Source of the DNA: Paraspadella gotoi
Taxonomy: Eukaryota > Animalia > Chaetognatha
Assembly: GCA_051294375.1 (NCBI GenBank)
Contig: CM119267.1
Location: forward strand, 14,563,694 to 14,627,693
Direction: 5' to 3'
Length of the DNA stretch: 64,000 nt
A program made the position numbers and the translations under genes. This document shows positions 50,054 to 61,300 of this stretch, one piece after another (positions within the stretch are counted from its first letter, which is position 1; each line of letters opens with the position of its first letter). The notes under the pieces were generated by a model. That model worked only from the letters and a program-made list of their open reading frames with translations. It did no database searches and had not been told where the DNA came from.

Positions 50054-50515
50054 ATGCGGTTGACGCTGATGCTAATGAAGCACCCACGCCTTCGAAACGT
50101 CAACATCGGCCGTCTCCGCAAACATATCGGCGGCGCTATCGACATCGGCAAACATAAAATTTTCGAGCCCATTTGCCCTTGGGACAAGCATGCCGCCATG
50201 AACCATCTCATCGAAGACCAAAGAAACCTGGAAGTCTTGGCTCGCCCTTATATCACCCCCGAGCAGGAGCGGGGCGCTAAAGCCGAGTTTTTGGGTTTGA
50301 CTGAGAAAGAACTCCTGGACGAAGTGGAATGGAAGGCCAATTTTGAACGGATCAACCGCGGTGCCAAGAGATTTCATATGAAGTCCCTTCTCTGGCCCGC
50401 GCCCTGGATCGTAAAGAAAGAATACATGGACAGAATGGGTGTTCAGAAAATGAAAGATCATAAAAAGCTTGACGATCAATTAAAAAAACTCGAGGATTCG
50501 AGATTTTGGGAATGA
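50054..50515 (+). CDS. MRPL57: Probable mitoribosomal protein mL63
   Basis: MRLT start, IGKHK, NLEVLARPYITPEQE, terminal W. Confidence 0.65.
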   Translation: MRLTLMLMKHPRLRNVNIGRLRKHIGGAIDIGKHKIFEPICPWDKHAAMNHLIEDQRNLEVLARPYITPEQERGAKAEFLGLTEKELLDEVEWKANFERINRGAKRFHMKSLLWPAPWIVKKEYMDRMGVQKMKDHKKLDDQLKKLEDSRFWE

Positions 50516-50761
50516 ACTCTAAAATGTTTCTCGTTTTTCACTTTTTAACGTTATCGATATTATTTGTTTTTTATTGATTCGATCCAGGTAGGTTTGGGTT
50601 TCATTAATCAATTACTAAAAAAAAAACATGGCATAGCTCTGATCGTTCGAAACTTATTTCATATTTTTTCTCGAGCTGCTACGAAAGCTCAGTTAGTTCT
50701 TGTCTAGTGTCTATTCACGACTATCACCATGAACTCGGAACCTTTGTGACCCTCGTCGATT

Positions 50762-53700
50762 ATGAGCGAGGTTCAGCGGCGTCGCAGCAAATCGCGCGAA
50801 TCGAAGTCGCTTGGCGTGGCGTCGGGGGGAGCGGTTTTTTGGCGGAACACTATCGCCTCTTGTTCGCCGCCGCAGCAGCAGCAGCAGCAGAGAAACTCGC
50901 GCGGTCGCGCACGTCCTGCTCTTCGCGCGCAATCGCAATGCTACGCTCGTCGTCTCGCCGTTGACGACGGCTTCCTTTCCAATCCGGCGTATCAGGGAAG
51001 TGACGCCGATCTGACGAACCACGGCGCTGAGAGGTCGATTCCTTCCGACTTGTCGACTACCGCCAACCCTTCAGAACAAACGCCACCACGACGCGCCCCA
51101 CTTCCGGAAGGACGACTTATTCTCCCCTCTGCTACCTACACCCACGTTCCCAGCGCCATCTCCACGCCAGCGAGGTATCCAGTTCTCCAGAGTTCGTTCA
51201 CTCGTTCCCAGTCAGCGCGAGGTCGTCGACGGTCGGCTGCCTCACCGACCAAACGACCTTCTATCTCCTCCCCGCTCGCGTCGCCTTTGTCTCAGGCGAG
51301 TTAGGTTAAATCTCATCTCAGTCAATCTTCACAGCGTCCGATTGTTAGTTTTTTTGTTGGTTTTTTTTTAGCATCGTCTTCTTTTAAAAAACTGTATAAA
51401 TTCGTTTTCTCCCTTTGGAATTTCAATCTGCAACACAGGCTTCCGCTTCGACCAGCGACATTGCCATGTCATCCGCAGTTGCGTCGCCGGCCCGCTTCGA
51501 CGCTTCGAGGTCGGAGGCTTTGTCCATAGACGAAGGTATCGGCGGCGATGCGGCGTCAGGTTCGTCTCATTGTTTCGCTATCGTTTGTTTTCTAAATTTA
51601 TCAACAATCTCTATCTAACGGTTTTTATTCTTGAGGTGGTAAGAGTTACGACGCGGCCTTGTTCAACATACTCAAGGTGTCCGCTGAGGATCTTGCTTGC
51701 CAAATTACGCTTTTAGACGTGCCTGTATTCAAAGCTATCGCGCCCGATGAACTTACCAGCATAGCTTGGACCACCAAAGATAAACTGCTCAAAGTGAGTT
51801 CGAAAAACCTGGTATTCTCATTGTGGCCTGATCACTGATCAGTAGGATAGTGTGATGAAAGAGTTTTTAGAACAGTTTCGGATTTGTCAGAAATATTATA
51901 TGTTATATGATATTTTAATGTTAAAGCTACAAAAAATATTTTATACTACAGAGAATTAAAAAATTGAGAATTTTAATCTTTTTTATGACATAATAATGTT
52001 TTATATTTTTTATCTAACTTTTTATCAGAAATCTATATCTTTAATAAAAATTTTTAAAAAATTATTTAAAAATTTATTATTTTATAAGGATAATACTATA
52101 AATATATTGTATTTTGTTTTTCTATTCCTGAAATTATATTATCAAAATATTTTTGTATTCAATATTTTTGCATAAAATAATTATTTTTAATTTACTGATC
52201 AGTGATAGTTTACTTTATTATTTACTTTCAGGCCCCTAACTTAGTCGCGCTTACAAGACGCTTTAACCAAATAAACATGTGGGTCCAAACAGAAATACTT
52301 AACGCAACCACTGTTAAAACGCGCGGAGTAATCATGGCTCATTTTATCAAGGTCATGAAGAAATTGTTCGAATTAAACAATTTACACAGGTTGGTAATCA
52401 ACGAGTTTCGAATTTCGGAATCTCGAATTTTGATTTTAAATATTTTTTTCTCTACAGCACCAAAGCTATTTTGGCGGCTCTTCAAAGCGCCGCGGTTTTT
52501 CGTCTGGCCAAAAGTTGGATGGAGCTGGGACGCAAGGATCGTGCCACTTTCGATAAAATCGCCCATGTCTTTAACGAGGAAAACAACAACCAGAGATTAC
52601 GGGAGCATTTGACAACGTTGCGGCTGCAACCGTGTATTCCCCATATGGGGATGTTTTTAACGGGTATTATTACCAAGTTCTGTTTAACAAAGTTTTGTTT
52701 TTTGATTTGATTGTTTCTTTCTGTTAGAAAAAATGCGTACAACTAAATTAATGAAAATGTTTAAATTGAGAAATTATGGCAACAGCCGGGTTGCCTGTGA
52801 TGTCCATTGGGATGGGGCATCTCACTGTTGGCTTTGGGGGCCTTCGACCCTCAGTGACGCCTCCAGTCACTGGCGAGGTTACCCAAGGACGGTCTTGCTT
52901 TGCCAACGCAGAGGGAAGTCGTTAGGACTGTGGATGGAACACTACGCCTGGGATGGTGTGTTCCCCCTCTTGAGCCAATGGATGATGAGCGGGGTTTTAT
53001 GTCCAACATGGATTTGGCTGAACGATGGTGGATGTGAGGCGGTGTGAATATACCGTCATAAAATATTATTATTTCTATCTCAGATCTAGTCTACGTTGAC
53101 GTCGCACATCCATACTCCGGTGGAATGGAAAGCGCCCCTCGCCGCGACGCCATGAATAATATCATCCGGGTTATCGCCGATTATCAAGCCTCTTGCCTCA
53201 TGACCGAAAGACTGGGTTCGGTGCAACATCACATCCAGGCTTACCTCAATTCGTTTCGGTAAATTTGAAAACATATCGCTTTAATTGAATTCTTTTCACT
53301 TCTTTTACGTCTTCTCCTTCTCAAGGTACATCGAAGAGCTACAAAAATTTATTGAGGATGATTACTTCCGCCTTTCCAAGCGTCTTGAGCCTCCCCCCTC
53401 GACGGCGTCAGCTTCGTCGCACGACTCGGGATGTCACTCCCCCGTGCAGTTTTCTTCGCCTCAGCCGAAAAAGACCCTCGCCCTTCGAGACTCGGTGGGG
53501 AAGATCGCCGGCGGGGGCGGCACTCCCGAGGTCGTTAAAGCTTTTGCTCCGAATCATCGCAAGACGCGCAGTCTCAGCAAGGACCTCAACGTCGTTCAAG
53601 CTGCTTCGGTGGTGGCTGTGGCCGCTGCCGCCGCGGCTGCTTCGTCCGTCGCCGCTGAAAACGAGGTCCTTAAGTGCCAAACTCTTCCTCACTCCATGGA

Positions 53701-54572
53701 AATTTCTCGAAATCTCATCGATGACAGCGTCGATTTTGCTAACAGCAGCAGGTAAGTCACATCAATTTTTAAAATTTCTACACAACAAAAGTCAAAGGTA
53801 AGTTTCGAAACTGGAATTTCCCAGTTCGGCCACACCGACCTCCGGTGGCCACTCTTCCCGTCGCGACGATCGTGGTGGCGGCAGCAGCAGCGTCAAGCAT
53901 CACCGGAAATCTCTAGAACGTCCCGAGGACGACGAGCCGGATCTGTATTTGCGCGCCACCTCGGCGTCTACGCCCGACGGCCAGGTAATAAAGATGTCTT
54001 CTCTCACTGAAGATGAAGACTACGACGACGCAGCCAGCGACGTCTCACCTCGGCCTCAGACGTACGCGAAACCCGTCGCATGCGAGGGCTGTCTCAAACG
54101 TAAGGCCTTGCTTAAGAGAGGGAAGAAACCAGCGCTGCAGAACTTTACTCGGTGAGAGTTTTTTTTTCCTCCTTTTTCTCTGGCAATTCCCTTCCTTTCC
54201 TATTCTTATAAATACGCTTATTTAAACGTCATAACCTTTTATTTTTGTAGTTACTGGGTACAACTAAGCGCTTCGTCACTCTTCTACTACGCCTCCAAAT
54301 TGCCCACGGCTTTGGGCGCCTCGTCCTTCACCTCTGATCGGTCATCGTTCAAGAGCGAACCCTGTAAGATGGCGTCGGTGCGTGGGTGGATGGCCATCCT
54401 CGGCGATGACCCAAACCACCCTGACGCTTTCCAGCTCACAGACCCGAACAATGGTACTTGCTACAAGTTCAAGGCAGGAACGAGAACTCGGGCCTTGTTA
54501 TGGTGTCAACACCTGACAAAAGCCGCCAAAGACGAGACGGAAACACCAGAGAATTTAATCAGTCTGGATTAA
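50762..54572 (+). CDS. RALGPS: Ral GEF with PH domain (multi-exon)
   Basis: RasGEF ([44 protein letters not shown]) and C-terminal PH domain ([22 protein letters not shown]). Confidence 0.88.
52775..53060 (-). mobile_element. Solo LTR, family A, with mutated twister core and a ~30-bp insertion
   Basis: Matches 20971-21225; AAAT TSD. Confidence 0.85.
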
Positions 54573-56426
54573 CTCGTATGCTCGGCATTTTAGTGGTTCT
54601 ACTTGAGATAGTATCACATTTTCCGCTTAAATAGAAAATTGGCCATGGCAAGTGGTGGGGCCGGGGGGAGGTCTTATTTGTGCCTTACCAGAAATAACTG
54701 AATATTTAGAAATTTCATTGACGTCGAAAGAGCTAATTATTAAGTGGTACTCGGCAAGGAGATACTGATAAGAAATTTGAAATTTAATTTCTTTTACAAC
54801 GCCTCGAAACGATGATGCCTAAAATTATAGTAGTATTTTTTTACTTGTTAGTTAACGATCTCCTCAAAATAGGGTTATTTCGAGAAATCTTTTCGAATGA
54901 AAAAGGAACTCCATGATTATTATAAACATATATACGTACCTAGGAGGGCCTAGACTCTAGTGGGTTGTGCTTAACTAAATTTTAAATTTGGCAGCATCTT
55001 TATCTAATCAATTCAAAAAAGATTTGAAACATACAATTTTATAAATAAATGTTTAAAATGAGTTTACATAAAGAAATACAAAACAAATACAATATACAGC
55101 GATCTTCGGTTGTCCATTTGCAACCGAAAGTACAAGAATTTCATATCGTTTAATATCGTTACAATAATTTGTACATGCTTAGTCAACATAGTACTTAGAA
55201 ATGTAGAACTCAAGGTTTTTAGTGCCGAAATAGAATTTTTCTATAATTTTCAGAGTTTTAGACGTAATCGTAATTATGATGTAGGGCTTTGTATCGATTG
55301 TTGATTTAACAAAAAGGCTTCTAAGACTAATGAAAATGTTGCCCACGCTTTTGATTTAAAAAAAAAATTAAGACGCTTAATGTTATCCAGATTCAATAGC
55401 GTTTCTTCACGGATAAAAATAAAGTTGCATGGTATGTTTTCACTTGACCAAATTAACCTGAGCGCTGCGTTTTCTCTTTGTCGCGATCTAATAATGCTTT
55501 CATGCCCCCGTATTAAATTTATTTCATTCTTGTTCTCGCGCCCTTCGCTTCCACAATCCATGTGTATCAATCTCAATTTTACCATGACAACTACTAAGGC
55601 TTTATGCTTTTTAATTTGCGCATGATAAACACTAATTTTTTTACACTTTATTTTTGAATTTGCTCATGCGTTTTTCTCTTTTGGTTTTTTACCAGAAACG
55701 AATCTAGTACAATAAATCTTTTTAATTTACAAGTTATCGGATTCGCACTCTGCCTTTGTATATCAAAGATATTTTGAGTACTAAAAGTATTTATTCCATT
55801 TACGGTTATGATAAAAAAAATCGTAGATGTTATATTGTTATATTTTTTGCAAAATAACAATGCATACGTAAAACCTAAATAAAAATATTTAGGGTGGCTT
55901 TCTTCACTTCGTAAATTTGTTATCGTCATGTCTCTCTTCCGAATCTCAAGATTTTCTGACCCTTTTATTACTTGAATTAAACACAAAAATTACTGTCAAA
56001 TGCACATTTGCAGTTTTTTTTATAGGGGACGGGAGACGTCATCTCATTTTTATTTGTATGAGCCGTAACAAGAAAAATGCAATTTTTGAGCAATTATTTC
56101 TTTTAAGTTTTCGCCAATTTTTTTTTTCGAAGCCTTTTAATTTTTATTCTGTTAAGTCCAAAAGCTTTAGGGGAGAGCCAAGAAAGTTAGTTAATTGTAA
56201 TTAAACGTAAGTTCGTGAACGAGGAAAATTCATCGATTTTTCATTATCTGATAGGTTAATAGTATCAATTCCCCTTCCTGTAATTTTTCGACTACATCTT
56301 TTTGTTATTTAATTTCAAATTACTGCCTTCTCAACTCCTTTTTTTAAATTTTTTTGTTTTAGGTAAATTTTTGTAGCGCCAACATTATCGATAATTATTA
56401 AACAATCATCCCCAGTCTATAACAAA

Positions 56427-57631
56427 ATGGTCGCAGACTCGATACCATCGGCATCTAACGCAAAAAGTGATAATGATTGTAAAATATTCGTTGGAGGTAA
56501 GAGCGGTTACTGTGGACAATTAGTTTCTTTATACAAAGTAACACCTTTCCTACTTTTAAAGGACTGGCTTGGGAGTTTAAAAACGAGGACTTGACGGAGT
56601 ATTTTGGCAACTTCGGAACTGTAAAGGATGTGACCATCAAAACGGACTTTGCGACGGGGAATCCCAGGGGCTTCGGTTTCGTCGTGTTTGACTCCAAGGA
56701 CGCCGTCGAGCGCGTCGTTTCCCAAAGCACCCCACATTCCAGTGTGTACATCTCTGGTTCTATTAAAATGAGCTTATTTAAATCATTTTAATTTCTCCCA
56801 ACCTCACCTCTTCAGTCAAAGGTAAGAAAGTTGATCCTAAGCGAATCACGGAAAAGGAGCGAATCCGAAAGATCTTCGTGGGAGGCGTCGCTCTCGAGAC
56901 TCCTGAGGAAGAGGTCAAGTTGCACTTCTCCCAGTACGGCGAAATCGAGGAGATCGTGTTCCCCACCAACAAAGAGACCAAGCAGCGGAAGGGCTTCTGT
57001 TTCATCACTTTCGTCGACGCCGACGCCTGTGACGCCGCCTGCGGAAAGAACAACGCCAAACAAAAAGTCGGATCTAAGATGGTCGACGTCAAAAAGGTCA
57101 ATCCTTTTTTTTTTTTTTGTGTTGACCCGTTCGTTCGTCCGTCCTGATTCTTCCACGCGTTTCGAATGAACTTTCAGGCCGTTCCGCAAGAACAAATGCA
57201 AGGAGGCGGATTTGGCGGCGGATACGGATACAACTTTCCGGCCGGTGGCCGTGGGGCCCGTAGCGGAATGCGTGGCGGGGGCTCCGGCGGCGGCGCTGGT
57301 ATGGGTGGTTACGCTTACGGTTATGGATACGACCAAGGGTAAGATAGTTAACGAACGATCTACGTCTGGGGCGAAACAATCGATTTTATAATTATGCTTC
57401 CCCCTTTTAAGTTACGGTTATGACGGTTACGACCACTACGGTTACGGGGCTTACAGCACGGCCTACCCCGGATATGGCGGCGCCGACCCTTATGGATACG
57501 CCGCCGGTGCCGGATATGCCGCCGCCGGTGCCGCGAGCGGAGCCGTCGCCGCGGGAGGCAAGATGCGCGGCGGTCGGGGCACCGGCAGAGGCACCGGCGG
57601 CAGGGGTAGAGGTCGTGGCGGACCTTATTAA
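56427..57631 (+). CDS. hnRNP A/B/D (squid-like) two-RRM protein (multi-exon)
   Basis: KIFVGGL, RGFGFVVF, KIFVGGV, KGFCFITF, Gly/Tyr/RGG tail ending PY. Confidence 0.9.
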
Positions 57632-58316
57632 AAATTTGATGATTCTCGTGGCGCGCGGAGGGAAAAAGATATTTTATCGCATTCTCATCTCCGAAGAAAC
57701 TTATCGAAACCTTTTCATTTGATTTCATCACGATGGTCGCCTCTTTCCAGTTTTCACTCTTTCTTTTTCTCCCTCTCTCTATATTTCTTTTTACGTTTTC
57801 TACAAATGTATTCCTTCCCTTTTCAACTCGGAATGAATATCACCTTTTTAGAAAAAAATTGCTTCAAATACAAATTTTTTGTGGCCTTTTGTTGTCGGTT
57901 TTTTTTTTTCATTCACGATGTGATTTTGTTGGCCTACTTTATTTTTGTTTTGTCGTGTTTAAGAAAAAATTTCTTGGTTCTTAATTTTTCTGGAATTATT
58001 TCCCGTAAAGCAATGCAGTTTTATTGTTGTTGTTGGATATCGCCATGGCAGTGAAGCTGTTGTTTTGCCGTTTGTACTTTATATGATATATTCCAACGAG
58101 AACTGACCGTAACTTTACCATTTATCAAATGTTTGAACCAATGTTCAAAAATTTAAAAAAACTTAGTTAGATTTTGTCAGAGATATTAAGTGTAATTTTT
58201 TTTGTCAGGAATTTTCTAGTTATAAATGGATTTTACAGAAGGGATGACTTTCGTAATTGTTAATTAAAACTCCCCTGATTTCGGTTGGTGTCGCTTTCGT
58301 CAAAAATATCGTCGCT

Positions 58317-61300
58317 ATGGATTCCCCCGACTCGACGACTCCGTCGACTCAAGGCGATAAGCGAAGGACGAAGTCTAATCTAGTCAACGAAGGCCTCAAG
58401 AACGTCTTGGAATCGAACAAGGAGAGGCCGCCTGTGTCTACCGACGGTCGCGCTTCGTCCCCGGAACCCAACTGCGTCATTTGTTTGGAAAGGCTACAGA
58501 ATAAGGCCTTTGCCGACTCATGCTTTCATCAGTTTTGCTACGTATGCATCCTGGAATGGAGCAAGGTCAAAGCCGAATGCCCCCTCTGTAAACAGGGTGA
58601 GCGAGCGTCCCGTTCAGTTCTTCGAGTCATCAGTGGAAAGACTCTTTCAACATTCTACTTATTCTCTAGGGTTCAAGAGTATCATTCACTCGGTTCGTTC
58701 CATGGAGGACTACGAGCAATATTTCGTGCCGACCCCACCCCCGGCCGACCTCGGATCCGCAGACGACGACTTTCTTTCCTCTCTACGTCTTTACGATTGG
58801 GGACCTTTGGCCCGCGATCCCGTCAACTCTGCGGACGATGAAGCCCTTGATTACTCTACCAGCTTCGCCCGTCGCCTGCGCGCCTTTCGCCAACGCTCTT
58901 TCCTCTCGTTCCATAACTACTACCAACCGTCTTCTTCGACCGACGTGTGGGGTAGGTTTCGCCAAGGGATCGATCGGTCTTCCTCCATCGCCAGGGGACA
59001 CCGATCGGCGCTCAGAGCCGCCCTCGATCCGGACAACGACAATTGGCACGTTTGTCAGGGTGAGTAGACACTCTGGTGGGTTTTATGTACAATTAAATAC
59101 GTAAGGGTGATTTAATTTTTTTAATACATATATCTTTACTTTATTTACCGGTATGTTAAGAAAGCTCCGTTACCATACAACGTTTTTATTTTTTATCAGG
59201 CAACTGCCCGCTGCATAGACGCTCGAATAGAGCTGAGCATGAAAGTCGGAGTGAAGAAGACGATGGCGAGAGAAGGTATGTACGAAGGCAAACGTAGTAG
59301 AGCCGAATTCTGTTTACAGTGATTAATTAAACTAAGCCGACTAAAAATTTCTCCCGATGGATTTTCAGTTCGTTATCGTTTCAACGTTACCGACAGAGGC
59401 GAGAATCTTCTGCCCGAGATTACCGACGGTACGTGTACACTCGAGGACTCTACGCCAAGTCGCCTCCACCCAACTCCAGGTACTGTAACAGTCAATCGGT
59501 CGTTTTCAATGATATCTGCGGTCAAGCGAAAAACTACGTACGTAATTCCTGATCCTGGGCAATTAGGAAGCGATCGACTTCTCCCAACTTTTACTCATGC
59601 AATCCTGCCTGCGTTCACCGACTCGTGCCTTGGCTCAACCGCGAGCTCGGAGTTCTTTTGCACGAAAACGAAGAGAGAATGTCCCGCGTGCTGAGGGAAA
59701 TATTGACGCTCGTCAAGCAAGTTCCGATTCAAGTAAGCATTTTTGAGAAACGCGCGTTGATGACCATACTCTCTTTGACCTATTGGTATACTAAGCTATA
59801 CTAATATCATTAATTAATACCAAATAACTTGCTATGGCAGAATGCTTAAAGGGGAGTAAATTCCTAAGCATAGATACCCTATAGAGGAAAGCAAGTCTTT
59901 ATTAGTGAACATATACAGAAGGCTTCATATTATAAAATGTGGTACCTCTTTTTTGTGACCAGAATCTGTTCCTACCAAACTACCTGATCGAATTTCATGA
60001 AATTTTACATTTAGAGTCTTAATGACTATATAAATGGAACTATCGAGACGAATTTTAATATTCAACCCCTGACAAGAGATACAGGGCCCTGGGGGTGGAC
60101 CCTTGGGGGGCTAAAAAAACCTAAAAAATTTTTTAAAATTTTTTAGTGGCATCAGGTGCATTGACATTTTAAACATTAAGAAAAACATTTTAAAACTAAA
60201 ATTGAAAAATTTTAAATAATTAAGCATAGTTTAAATATGCATGGTTCATCATTTTACTTCCTATTTTCCTAAATTATTCCAAAACTGACTTGAACTGCTG
60301 ATGTTGATGAAGCTGAAAATTAAGGTAAACTAATATTTCCGTGGTAATTAATACGTTTTTCTGGAAAAGTAAACGTCTATACAACTGTTCAAAACAAAAA
60401 TAATGAAAAAATTGAAAAAAAAAATTTGACCATTTATTGCCCCTAAGCTAAGGGTGACCCCTCCGGGGCCCCATAACTCGGCTCAGAGGTCAAATATTGA
60501 AATTCGCCTCGATAGTTCTATTTATATTCAATAGGGATCGTTCATACTAAATTTCAATAAATTTGGTCCAGTAGTTTTCTCGGAACGTGTTCTGGTCACA
60601 AAAAAGGGGTATCACATTTTATAATATGAAGCCTTCTGTATATATGGAGGCCTTAAACCACCAAAGCCTGTCCAAAGTCAGGGGCAAGATAGCTTATTTA
60701 TTAAATGAATGGATAATTTTTATATTGGTTGTACCAATTTCATATAATGCATCTGACATAATTCCTAACCCAATAAGTAAGACCAAGTCAAAGCATAGAC
60801 TTAATCCAGAGGCTTTAAACTAGTATTGAAATACCTAAGAGTCGGTTCCAATAAGTATATTTTTAAATTAGTTTTATTGATAATTATTATCAATTAATGT
60901 CCCAAACTGTCTAATAGAGTGGAGCACTCAAGAACAAAAAAATTATTTGAATGATGTGAGATAGTATGATTAATTAGTACAAAAAATATTTTGTTCATAT
61001 TATCTCGGGAACAGAATAGTAAAATATAATATATTTGTAGTAATATCCTTATAAAATAGTAAATTTTAAAAATAATTTTTATAAAACTTTTAATAAAGAT
61101 TCAGATTCTTCATAAAAAGTTGAATCAAAAATATAAAACATGTTATCAAAAATTCTGTCATCTTCAATGTTTTAAATAAGAAAAAAGGTGAAAATTCCTG
61201 ACTTTTTTATTCTCTGTAATAGAAACTTATATATGTTAAAACGTTTTAGTCATTTTTTGTGATCTAAACATTAAAATATCATATAACATATTTTATAAAA

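Noticed and set aside
59839-59895. TAA..TCCTAAGC..GAGGA twister-like words
   Set aside because: P4 and T2 do not pair and the spacing is wrong; not supportable.
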